A stretch of DNA of 64,000 bases from Candidatus Omnitrophota bacterium. Lineage in GTDB: Bacteria; Omnitrophota; Gorgyraeia; B26-G9. The position numbers were made by a program, and so were the translations under genes. This document shows positions 9,393 through 18,130 of the stretch, piece after piece (the first letter of the stretch is position 1; the number at the start of each line of letters is the position of its first letter). The notes beneath the pieces were generated by a model. It saw only the letters and a list, made by a program, of their open reading frames with translations. It was not told the origin of the DNA and searched no databases. The stretch covers positions 391 through 64,390 of the forward strand of contig JAHITY010000099.1 in NCBI GenBank assembly GCA_018817165.1. Direction: 5' to 3'.

Positions 9393-10133
9393 ATGCTCCC
9401 AATTTACGACTTAAATAAAATCAAATTTGCAATCGATGAAGAGACATTTCAACGCGCGGCTGGATTATATGAAAGTGGGAAAGTGACTGAAGTTGAAGAG
9501 CTTGGTGGAAGTTATACCGCTGTTGTTCTTGGAACAAAGCCATATCGTGTTTCGGTATCTGCTCACAATTTTAAGCATGGACATTGTACTTGTTATCTTG
9601 GTGGGAGGGATAGGATTTGTAAGCACATGGTTGCTCTTGCTCTATATGCGGCGGTGGATGGTCAGCCACTGAAAAATGAAGATAAACAACAGACATCAAA
9701 GATTACATGTAGTGACAATAGGGATATATTAAATAAAGCTAATTTAGCTGCGGTTAAGAAATCGATCACTGATTCAATGCGTTACATTAAACCATACAGA
9801 GGTCCTTCGAATAAATGGTTCGCGAATCAGGATTCACTTCAGGAAGGATGCAATAGATTAAGGGAGATTCTTTATGATTTGCCGGTTAATCGCCAATCGG
9901 CTGATCTTTTGGTTAAATTGCTTTTGCGGTTGGAGAAGAAGCTAAGCGCAGGTGGGGTGGATGATTCTAATGGTATTGTGGGGCAATTAGTTGCTGAAAT
10001 AGTGGCTTTGCTTGAAAAGTTTGCCCAAATTGTTCCGATTTGTATCAGTTCGTTTAAACCGCTCTGTGGAAAAGAATATTGTTTCGGTTGGGAAGATTCT
10101 CTTGTTCGTATTTATGATGAAACAATTTCCTAA
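9393..10133 (+). CDS. SWIM zinc-finger domain protein
   Basis: YRVSVSAHNFKHGHCTCYLGGRDRICKHMVALALYAA matches the SWIM signature C-x-C-x(n)-C-K-H-x2-A. Confidence 0.7.
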   Translation: MLPIYDLNKIKFAIDEETFQRAAGLYESGKVTEVEELGGSYTAVVLGTKPYRVSVSAHNFKHGHCTCYLGGRDRICKHMVALALYAAVDGQPLKNEDKQQTSKITCSDNRDILNKANLAAVKKSITDSMRYIKPYRGPSNKWFANQDSLQEGCNRLREILYDLPVNRQSADLLVKLLLRLEKKLSAGGVDDSNGIVGQLVAEIVALLEKFAQIVPICISSFKPLCGKEYCFGWEDSLVRIYDETIS

Positions 10134-10447
10134 AAACTATTGGTTCCAGTAGTATTTCTCAAGAACCGCTCCGTAATCATCTTTTCCTTCCCATATTCTA
10201 AAATATACTTCTGCTGATCCTCCGGTAGTTTTAGGAGGTTTAATATCTGGCATACCCGTACCCTTGAAATCCCTAGTTTTTGGGCTAGTTGGTTTTGGTT
10301 TAGCCATTCTTCCTTCATAATTCGTGTAAACTCTAGTGCCTTTTCAATCGGATTTTCATATGCTTGTACGTACTGATAATGACGCATTTCTTTCTGCGAA
10401 ACAATATGACTTTTTGGTATAAAATCCGGCTTTTTACCACGAAACAA
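10130..10447 (-). CDS. Small ParB/KorB-like HTH protein, copy 2; likely true start is the internal ATG at 10387
   Basis: LAQKLGISRVRVCQILNLLKLPEDQQKYILEYG is a ParB-type HTH; about 93% nucleotide identity to 13090-13500. Confidence 0.5.
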   Translation of the reverse strand: MFRGKKPDFIPKSHIVSQKEMRHYQYVQAYENPIEKALEFTRIMKEEWLNQNQLAQKLGISRVRVCQILNLLKLPEDQQKYILEYGKEKMITERFLRNTTGTNSF

Positions 10448-10815
10448 AGTCTTCGTTTTATTCTGCCATTTGTAAAAGTATGGGATTTCTTCACTTACTA
10501 CTTTTGAATTTGTTCGCTGTGAGTCTCGTTCGGGGAGCCAAATTATAAACCTTTGTAACGCAATAAGTTACAAGGGTTTTATTTTGCCAGTTTGGACACG
10601 TAGCGAACAAAGTATTGATGCCACTGAAGTTGACATCAGAATAGGAGATGGTAGCATAAGTTTCTTCGACGGTAGTTTGAGATATTTAGTTTGTATTTCA
10701 TCAGAGATGTGAATTTTTTAAGCATTTTTAATAATATGGTTGACATCGGGCAATAATATGGTAGTATATTTGATGTATGAAAATTATATATAGGTAACTG
10801 GAGGAGTTACTTGCT

Positions 10816-11613
10816 ATGAAGAAAAAAACAATAAGTGCCTTAACCCAAAAAGAGGCTGAAATTGTTGCCCGTTTATCATATGAGGAAAAGGATATTGTAA
10901 CGGCGCAAGAACTGGATTCTTTTTTGCCTGGCGATTTTCCTTATCGAAAACAGCTGGTTTACAACCTGAAAAAAAAGGGGATTTTAACCCCCATTAAGAG
11001 GGGAGTATATATCTTTGTACCTTTAGAATCTGTGCCGACCGGACGCAGGGTAAGCGAATTCTTAATTCCTCCCATTTTCTTTCCTAAAGATAACTATTAT
11101 ATCGGTTATTCGACCATGTTTAATTATTATGGGTTTACTGATCAGCAGTTTCAAATTATTTATGTGCTTAATACCACTCGTTGTATGAAAAAGACGATAG
11201 CGGGGGCATCATTTAAATTCGTAAAAATACCGTATAATAGGTTTTATGGTTTAGAGAAAATAAGCATAAAAAACAAGGAGATAATTATAAGTTCAAAAGA
11301 GAGGACATTGATTGATTTAATTTATTTCAACAAACCTGTTGGCGGCATCGAAACAGCGGGTGAAATTCTCAGGCGGTTTGTAACGGAAAAGAAATGCGAT
11401 ATTAAAAAGTTGATTGAATATTCTGTTCAATTTCCCGGGGTTAAGACAAAAAAGGTGATAGGTCTTAATCTTGAAAAGGCTGGTGTTTCAGATAACTTAT
11501 TAAAACCGCTGGAAAAAAGTGTGAAGAATACTTCACTCATCTCATTAGCGTATTCTCGTAAAGGGACTCTTAATAAAAAATGGAAGATTATTATTAATGA
11601 TACACAGAGATAA
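10816..11613 (+). CDS. AbiEi-like antitoxin / transcriptional regulator, copy 2
   Basis: 265 aa, co-linear homolog of 7409-8200 (e.g. YIGYSTMFNYYGF shared); overlaps the downstream toxin gene. Confidence 0.6.
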   Translation: MKKKTISALTQKEAEIVARLSYEEKDIVTAQELDSFLPGDFPYRKQLVYNLKKKGILTPIKRGVYIFVPLESVPTGRRVSEFLIPPIFFPKDNYYIGYSTMFNYYGFTDQQFQIIYVLNTTRCMKKTIAGASFKFVKIPYNRFYGLEKISIKNKEIIISSKERTLIDLIYFNKPVGGIETAGEILRRFVTEKKCDIKKLIEYSVQFPGVKTKKVIGLNLEKAGVSDNLLKPLEKSVKNTSLISLAYSRKGTLNKKWKIIINDTQR

Positions 11614-12472
11614 AGACAAATTTTCTAAATTAGTTGATCGTATTGCTTCTTTAACCGGATTTTATGCCCCATTGATGGAGAAGGACTATTATCTGACGCT
11701 TTTTCTTTCTAAAATAAATGAGCTTTCGGATAATCTTATTTTTAAGGGCGGGACCTGCCTTAATAAGATTTACTATTCTTATTATCGGTTAAGTGAAGAT
11801 TTGGACTTTAGCATGCGCCTTCCTGATTATACGACTACTCGCGATAATAGGCGCAAATGCATCCAGCCGGTAAAAGACAATATAGAAAATTTTGCTAAGC
11901 AGTTTGATTTAAAGCTTGAAGGCGCGGAAAACGCGGGGAGAAACGTATCAAAGCAATATGTTTATTATCTCGCGTATGATTCTGTCCTCCTGCCATCACA
12001 ACAAACAATAACGTTCGAAGTGGGATTAAGGTATAATCCAATTTTAAATCCAGAGTTAAAAGATGTTCAGCACAAATTTCTTAATCCTTTTTCTGATAAA
12101 CCCTTATTTGATGGCGGAAAAGTGAAGAGCATGTCTTTGAATGAAATCGTGAGTGAAAAACTCAGGGCTGCGGCCTTGAGGCAAATAATCGCCCCGCGAG
12201 ATTTCTATGACCTCGATTTTATTATCCGGCAAGGTTTTAACTTAGCGGATAAAGAGGTTATAAAGCTATTCGTTAAAAAGATTGAGGAGGACAATGGCGA
12301 TCTTGATCTGGCAAAATACAAAATCAACCTCGGTCGCTCAGACAAAGAAATCAAAGACATGAAATCACGTATTGAGAATGAGTTGTTTGATGTGTTAACA
12401 GTTAGCGAGCGGGAAAACTTTGACTTGGATACAGCGTTGAAGAGGATTAATGAAGTAATGGGCGGTATTTAA
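11597..12472 (+). CDS. AbiEii/AbiGii-family nucleotidyltransferase toxin (DUF1814), copy 2
   Basis: LIFKGGTCLNKIYY...YRLSEDLDFSM motif; the C-terminal ~110 aa are nearly identical to copy 1. Confidence 0.8.
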   Translation: MIHRDKDKFSKLVDRIASLTGFYAPLMEKDYYLTLFLSKINELSDNLIFKGGTCLNKIYYSYYRLSEDLDFSMRLPDYTTTRDNRRKCIQPVKDNIENFAKQFDLKLEGAENAGRNVSKQYVYYLAYDSVLLPSQQTITFEVGLRYNPILNPELKDVQHKFLNPFSDKPLFDGGKVKSMSLNEIVSEKLRAAALRQIIAPRDFYDLDFIIRQGFNLADKEVIKLFVKKIEEDNGDLDLAKYKINLGRSDKEIKDMKSRIENELFDVLTVSERENFDLDTALKRINEVMGGI

Positions 12473-12490
12473 TTAGGAGCATTATGTAGT

Positions 12491-13084
12491 ATGTCTTTTA
12501 TTCGAATAACCCAAAAACTCCAAAAAGAGATGGGAATAAAAAATGCTGATTTAGTATCGCAGGGAAAGTCCACAGAGGCTTTTCATGAATGGTACGCCCA
12601 TGTTTTTATTCTTGCTCGGAAAAAGCAAGTGATTTTTGTTGAGACGCAGACGTTGTTTTCCTTTTGTATTGAGAATGTTAACCTAAAAGATATTCGAGAG
12701 CGGTTGTCGGGACTTTTTGAGAAAGGTTTCGGGAAGGCTCTTTTTGTTGAGGGAGTAAGCGCTCTAATTATGTCAAAGGTGATGGAGATTTGTCGAGGGG
12801 AATTAAAATTTGCAAAAACTGAGAGCCGAATGACGATAGGGGCGATGAATGAGTTTGTTAAGCAACATAAATTTTGTTTTTCGTATAAAGATAGGGCAAT
12901 TGAGACGCAAGACCAGATGAATCGGTATATGCCGATGCGGGGATTTCCGGATGGATCCAAGGGTTATAAATTCCCCATAGAGGTTTTTGCTAAAGTAGTT
13001 AAAGATCAGTTTGATTTAGATTTCACTCCGCGCAAACAGGACTTTTTTAAGAAAATTTATTCTGATAGGGCGTTAGAGATTTAG
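12491..13084 (+). CDS. Hypothetical protein; third gene of the AbiE cassette 2, in the position taken by the SWIM gene in cassette 1
   Basis: 197-aa ORF with good coding features; no motif recognised. Confidence 0.35.
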   Translation: MSFIRITQKLQKEMGIKNADLVSQGKSTEAFHEWYAHVFILARKKQVIFVETQTLFSFCIENVNLKDIRERLSGLFEKGFGKALFVEGVSALIMSKVMEICRGELKFAKTESRMTIGAMNEFVKQHKFCFSYKDRAIETQDQMNRYMPMRGFPDGSKGYKFPIEVFAKVVKDQFDLDFTPRKQDFFKKIYSDRALEI

Positions 13085-13502
13085 ATGGAAACTCCTCTTT
13101 TCGCAATTGCCTTTCCGTAATCATCTTTTCCTTCCCATATTCTAAAATATACTTCTGCTGATCCTCCGGTAGCTTTAAGAGATTTAATAGCTGACATACC
13201 CGCACACTTGAAATCCCTAGTTTTTGGGCTAGTTGGTTTTGGTTTAGCCCTTCTTCCTTCATAATTCGTGTAAACTCTAGTGCCTTTTCAATAGGATTTT
13301 CATATGCTTGTACGTACTGATAATGACGCATTTCTTTCTGCGAAACAATATTACTTTTTGGTATAAAATCTGGCTTTTCACCACGAAATAAAGTCTTCGT
13401 TTTATTCTGCCATCTGTAATGGTATGGCAATACATCAGTTACAACGCGTGAATTTGTTCGCTGTGAGTCTCGTTCGGGGAGCCAAAAAATCAGAGAGTCC
13501 AA
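13047..13502 (-). CDS. Small ParB/KorB-like HTH protein, copy 3 (track start is TTG; likely true start is an internal ATG)
   Basis: LAQKLGISSVRVCQLLNLLKLPEDQQKYILEYG; near-identical to the copy at 10130-10447. Confidence 0.5.
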   Translation of the reverse strand: MDSLIFWLPERDSQRTNSRVVTDVLPYHYRWQNKTKTLFRGEKPDFIPKSNIVSQKEMRHYQYVQAYENPIEKALEFTRIMKEEGLNQNQLAQKLGISSVRVCQLLNLLKLPEDQQKYILEYGKEKMITERQLRKEEFPSKSLTPYQNKFS

Positions 13503-13818
13503 AAGGGCTCTCTTTTTTTGTCCGCGAGAACTCGAACCTCAAAAAAGGGTATTAGGGGAAAAGACTGTTTTCCCCTATCCCGAATGGGGAATATTTCTCT
13601 GGGTTAGCATCGGGACCCCGAAGAGTTTCTTTGGGGAGTTACTTCATTCGGGGTCGGCGTACTGGAACTTCTCGCGCAAGGAAGGGGTATCCAAGGGGAA
13701 CTGAAAGAGTGCACCTTTAAGGAGTGAGCGGACCTGTTTCTCAAGGGAGCGCTTGTCCCGCCGTATTTTGGCGGGGACACGACAGGTTCGGCGAAGCGAA
13801 AGTCCTCGCGGGGGGAGC
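13474..13818 (+). repeat. Structured ~345-bp repeat, copy 1: GGGGAGCCAAAAAA box, terminator hairpin (CAGAGAGTCC-AAAA-GGGCTCTCT-T7), then a GC-rich element with a closing helix (CCGCGAG...CTCGCGG), a variable middle and a conserved 3' block with hairpin GTCCCGCC-GTATTTT-GGCGGGGAC
   Basis: Direct repeat of 18131-18444; the 3' ~125 nt are nearly identical and the closing helix covaries between copies. Confidence 0.7.
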
Positions 13819-14000
13819 TAAAAAACCTAACAAGTTGTAACTAAATAAGTTGCAGCGGGTTATTTTTTTGCAAAAATCATTGATTCGTGGTATACTTTAA
13901 AATCTTTTTTAGTATGTGATTTTAAATCCTAACTTATTAAAATTGAATAAGTTGAAAGATAAGTAGCTTTAAGGCGGAATGAGGATCATTTAGGGTAAAA

Positions 14001-17000
14001 ATGAGAAAGAAAAAAAGTATCTATAAAATAATAGTCAATATTATTATATTAGCACTTGTGCAGGTATTAGCATTTTCTAATTCTGCATGGGCTCTTGAAG
14101 CTTCTTTGCAAAAAAACAGAGATACTTTATCTCCGCAAATCCAAACAAGTCTTCCATTGATTCAAAATGCCTATAGTTTTTTAAAAGCAAATAAAGAACA
14201 GGGGAATACTCTTTTCTTGCGCACAGAGGCAAGTATTGAAAAAACGCCAAGTGAGTTAAGAAAGGACTTACTTGAGCTTATGGAATTTCTTGGTAAAAAA
14301 GATTTTAAAATTCTTATAGATATAGCTTTTAAAGATAAAGTGCTAACTCAAGATCAATATGAAGTTTTGCTTTATTGCTTAAAGCAAGGGGCTGTATCTC
14401 TTGAAAAAATAGATAGGACTTTTTCACAGCAAAGAAGGGTTGATATTACTACTGTGACCAGGTGGCTTGTAGGCACAAGTGAACAGGGAAGAAAGGAAAT
14501 CGGGGCATATCAGATAATTTATGAGGACGCTTCGCCATCTCTTAGGGAGAAAATAGATCAAAAGCTGGCGGTTTATATTAAAGAAAATATATTTGATTTC
14601 TTCTTGAATCATATGGATGCTGAAATTAAAAATGTCATGGAAAAAGCTATTGAAAACTGGCAGGGTGAAGAGGTTGAAAAAGAAATTATTAGGATTAAGC
14701 TAAGCAATCCTGGTGTTGCATGGAAAGATATATATGAGCATGAAAATGTGAACTTAAAAAAAGGCAAATTTTATAAGACCCTTAAGCGTATAAAAAAGAA
14801 TTTCAATAAAGCTATTGATAATGAGGGAACTGTAATTATTGAAAAAATAATCATAGAAGAAAGCCCTCGAGCATTGAAATATCTTGCAGGTGATCTTATG
14901 GAATTAAAGACGGAATTGCTTGATGTAATCGAAACATCAGAAAGATTAAAAGTAAAAAAAATGGATGAAGAGGAAAAAAGCTTTGTGCTTAGAATGAGTT
15001 TGTTTGAAGGTGAAAAACATAGAGCAATCGATAAGATAAATAAATTTTTTCTGGGCAGATCACAGATGTTCTTGAATGGAAGAACTCTGGAGGAGAATTT
15101 TTATGAAGGGGCAAAGAAAATAAAACAGTTTTTATTGCTGCCTGGAGGGAAATATTTATGCTTCTTTGAGCCTAAAGATGAAATGATCAATAATTCCTTT
15201 GAAAAAAATAATCTTGTTTTTGCTGTGCTAAATTCAAGCTCTAAGGCAAAAAGAATTAATTTAGATAAATATATTATTAGTGGAAAAAGCTTGAGTTTAG
15301 GAGGGAATTTTGTCTGGAACCAGTACAAGATTAATTGCTCAAATTTTCAATCTGCAAATATTGAGTTTCGGGTTGAAAATGATATCCCACGCTTTATTAA
15401 ATTATTGCAAAATAAAGAGGGGCAACAGATCAGAGATAATAAAGGAGAGCCATTAGTAATCGAAGTCTTTGATATGTTTGGACAGAAGGTGTCAGTGCGG
15501 CGTCAGCTTGCGGACAAATATTTTTTAAAACTAAAGCTGAATGATAAGAAAATTCGTTGTTCATATAATGAAGCTGAAAAAAATGTGCATGAGGCGATTG
15601 TTGATCTAAAGAGAATCAGTATTGATCTTGATTCTTGGCAGTTTAAGAAAAAACTGCGTGAAGTAAAAAAAGCTTTGTGGGTTATAAGAGGAGATCTTAA
15701 GGGTAAGGAGCAAGAAACAGCGAGGTTTATCTGTGATATGGCAGGCAGAGATGATCTTTTTGAAATACTACAGAATATTTCGATGAAGGGAATGTTTAGA
15801 TCATATTTAACTTTTCAATCAGCTTTTGATGCTTATATGGCTCGGGATAAAGATAAAAGACATTTTGACAGCCTTAACTGCAGTAAGGCGAAAGGCGGAG
15901 ATATTACTTTGCTTGATGCGGTAAGAAATTATGGGATTTTAAAGCGTAAAATAGAAGCTGAATATAAAGATGTGCATGAAGCACATAAAGAATTTATGTT
16001 TATGGATAAGAAAGATATTTCGTATGTGCAGCTTTCCATGAGAAAAGACGATGGAGGCAATCCAATGTTATTAAAAGCATTTTATAAATTTCGCCAGGAA
16101 CTAAAAGATATATATGGTTTTACTTTGCCTGATAATACACATAAAAGAAAAAGTAAAAAGGAAGTTCAAGCCTTTCTTGATAATATTCCGGAGCGAGAGC
16201 AGACTCCTAAAAAATTGAAAGAAAATAATCTTTGGTGGGTTTATAATGGAGCAAAATATTATAAAATTGTATTGCCAAAAGAAAGAGATTTTATAGATAA
16301 TACAGGATATGATAGCTATAAAGAAAGAATTAATAATAGAAATAAATATCAAGAAGTGGACATGTTTGAATTGTGGCATAGCATGGAAACGGATCAGGAG
16401 GCAAGGAATCAGTTAATTGAATATTTTATGCCGATGATAATAGATACTGTTGAGGATTTTAATGGTCGAAAAGGAAAATATATTACAGAACATTCCCAGT
16501 TTTATCTGGATGGCGATATTAGTAGGGCGAGTGTGGCAATGATTGAGGCAATTGATGACTGGCATCCTGAGATGGATATGATGTTAGATGGTTTTGTTAA
16601 GGATCGGATTATCTCAGCGTTTAAGAAAAGTATAAATGAATTTTATAAAGATAAAAGAATAATGCAGTCATCGAATACGCCTAAAGGGAATAAAGATGGG
16701 AATTATGCAGGTAAAAGTGGTCCTTTTGGCAATGGGAGGATTAATACTCTTGATGATAAATTTGAAGCAAATACTGTTGCTGCTGATGATGCATTCGATA
16801 GGGTTCAGCGTATGGAAAGGGCAGTTGCCGGCATAGGTAAAGGGGATTACAGCTTCTTAGTTGGTAGTGAATTTGAAATCAATGAATCTATGCTTATACC
16901 CAAAATTAGAAAACAGCAATTTGCTGAAGAACTGCGCAGTTATCTGTTAAAGCGAGGTGTCCTTGAAAATATTTCAGGTAAATTTGCTATTTGGGTTATG

Positions 17001-17990
17001 GGCAGTATGGGAAATATCGGGCTTGCTCGAAAAGGAGACAGCGATGTTAATCTCATAGTGCTTATGCAGGCAAGCAATGGCCAATGTAAAGAAGCTGTTT
17101 GGAGTCTTGAGGCGCTGATCGGTACAGGAGAAATATTTGAGGGTAATGATGAAAATTTTATTTTAGAAATCGGAAAAAACGGGAGCAGACAGGAGCTGGA
17201 TTTTTATGCTCCGCAATTTGTTTCATTGCTTGAGAAATATGAGGTAGGAATAAATGGTAAAGGAGCTGCTTCTATTGAGGTGGTTTCCACAAATGCAGCG
17301 GGCTATGGAGATAATCGGGCATTGAAGCGGGCGCGTTTTCATGTGGTTGATGATATTACCGGGATGGGTACCAATGGGATATTGGTATTGGAATCTGATG
17401 AAGGGATAGCCCAAGAACTTAAACAACAAGTCAGAGACAGGTTTGTTGATGATTTTGAGTATCATATTGATTTTGCGAATGAGTACTTAATTTATTTTTT
17501 TGCAGAGCAAGTGGAAAAACTAAAATCAACGATTGATAAGAATAAAAAGGTTGAATTACCTTTAGAGCCAAACGTTGAAATTCAAGAAGAGGCTTCTGAG
17601 GAATCTTCCATATTTCAGAAAGCAGATTCGCCTAGAAATAGAGGCTTTTTTCAGGATAAGGTCAGGCTAGAGGTGTTTAATGGGTTTGTATCGATAAGAT
17701 TAATTGATCTTATCGAAGGCGGCGTGATGGCTTTTAAAGATGAGTGGCGGCATATGCTAACTGTATTTGAAGGAAAAAATATTTTTGTGGATGACTATCT
17801 TAAAACAGATAATGTAGACCCCGGTAAAGAAGAAGCGATTGAAGCGTTAAGTGATGAATTATTGATTTATCTTCAAAAAGAGATTCAGCAAATGTCTGGT
17901 CATCATGAAAAAGGGGGGCAGGGTTGGACATGCAGCAGCTTTGACTTTGAAATGTTAAGAGATAATGCAGAAGTAAAATCAGCAATATAA
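14001..17990 (+). CDS. Giant (1329-aa) signal-anchored, Lys/Glu-rich protein with an embedded minimal nucleotidyltransferase (Pol-beta superfamily) motif
   Basis: N-terminus MRKKKSIYKIIVNIIILALVQVLAFSNSAWA (signal peptide or anchor); about aa 993-1015 WVMGSMGNIGLARKGDSDVNLIVL fits hG[GS]-x10-D-x-D-h (GlnE/GlnD/CD-NTase-like); AT-rich and Lys-rich composition; strong TTGCAA-N17-TATACT promoter at 13868-13896. Confidence 0.55.
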   Translation: MRKKKSIYKIIVNIIILALVQVLAFSNSAWALEASLQKNRDTLSPQIQTSLPLIQNAYSFLKANKEQGNTLFLRTEASIEKTPSELRKDLLELMEFLGKKDFKILIDIAFKDKVLTQDQYEVLLYCLKQGAVSLEKIDRTFSQQRRVDITTVTRWLVGTSEQGRKEIGAYQIIYEDASPSLREKIDQKLAVYIKENIFDFFLNHMDAEIKNVMEKAIENWQGEEVEKEIIRIKLSNPGVAWKDIYEHENVNLKKGKFYKTLKRIKKNFNKAIDNEGTVIIEKIIIEESPRALKYLAGDLMELKTELLDVIETSERLKVKKMDEEEKSFVLRMSLFEGEKHRAIDKINKFFLGRSQMFLNGRTLEENFYEGAKKIKQFLLLPGGKYLCFFEPKDEMINNSFEKNNLVFAVLNSSSKAKRINLDKYIISGKSLSLGGNFVWNQYKINCSNFQSANIEFRVENDIPRFIKLLQNKEGQQIRDNKGEPLVIEVFDMFGQKVSVRRQLADKYFLKLKLNDKKIRCSYNEAEKNVHEAIVDLKRISIDLDSWQFKKKLREVKKALWVIRGDLKGKEQETARFICDMAGRDDLFEILQNISMKGMFRSYLTFQSAFDAYMARDKDKRHFDSLNCSKAKGGDITLLDAVRNYGILKRKIEAEYKDVHEAHKEFMFMDKKDISYVQLSMRKDDGGNPMLLKAFYKFRQELKDIYGFTLPDNTHKRKSKKEVQAFLDNIPEREQTPKKLKENNLWWVYNGAKYYKIVLPKERDFIDNTGYDSYKERINNRNKYQEVDMFELWHSMETDQEARNQLIEYFMPMIIDTVEDFNGRKGKYITEHSQFYLDGDISRASVAMIEAIDDWHPEMDMMLDGFVKDRIISAFKKSINEFYKDKRIMQSSNTPKGNKDGNYAGKSGPFGNGRINTLDDKFEANTVAADDAFDRVQRMERAVAGIGKGDYSFLVGSEFEINESMLIPKIRKQQFAEELRSYLLKRGVLENISGKFAIWVMGSMGNIGLARKGDSDVNLIVLMQASNGQCKEAVWSLEALIGTGEIFEGNDENFILEIGKNGSRQELDFYAPQFVSLLEKYEVGINGKGAASIEVVSTNAAGYGDNRALKRARFHVVDDITGMGTNGILVLESDEGIAQELKQQVRDRFVDDFEYHIDFANEYLIYFFAEQVEKLKSTIDKNKKVELPLEPNVEIQEEASEESSIFQKADSPRNRGFFQDKVRLEVFNGFVSIRLIDLIEGGVMAFKDEWRHMLTVFEGKNIFVDDYLKTDNVDPGKEEAIEALSDELLIYLQKEIQQMSGHHEKGGQGWTCSSFDFEMLRDNAEVKSAI

Positions 17991-18130
17991 AAATATATTA
18001 AATAAATATAAAATATTCAGCAATCAATGTAATGTGGTTTAGATGCTTGTTTAACAATTAGAACACGGCACATTAAGTTGTAAGTTTTTAAGCCTTTCTG
18101 AATCTTAAAAGTTACGAAATTTGTCAAATA

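Noticed and set aside
13474-13818. Possibility that the structured repeats are RNase P RNA, tmRNA, SRP RNA or group II intron domain V
   Set aside because: Only short local resemblances (GAAAGTCC; GGGUGAAAG..GUGC-like stretch; ACGACAGGTTCGGC vs RNase P 3' ACGACAGAACCCGGC). The element is too short (~300 nt), is present in two diverged copies with a variable core, and lacks the P4 pairing partners or the tmRNA tag reading frame. Kept as an unclassified structured repeat.
16380-16640. Sigma-70 region 2-like stretch inside the 1329-aa protein (ARNQLIEYFMPMIIDTVEDFNGRKGKY...DGDISRASVAMIEAIDDWHPEM)
   Set aside because: Pattern similarity only, with no region 4 or -10 recognition residues identifiable. 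It is implausible in a signal-anchored giant protein without profile support, so it is mentioned only as a note under the giant-gene finding.
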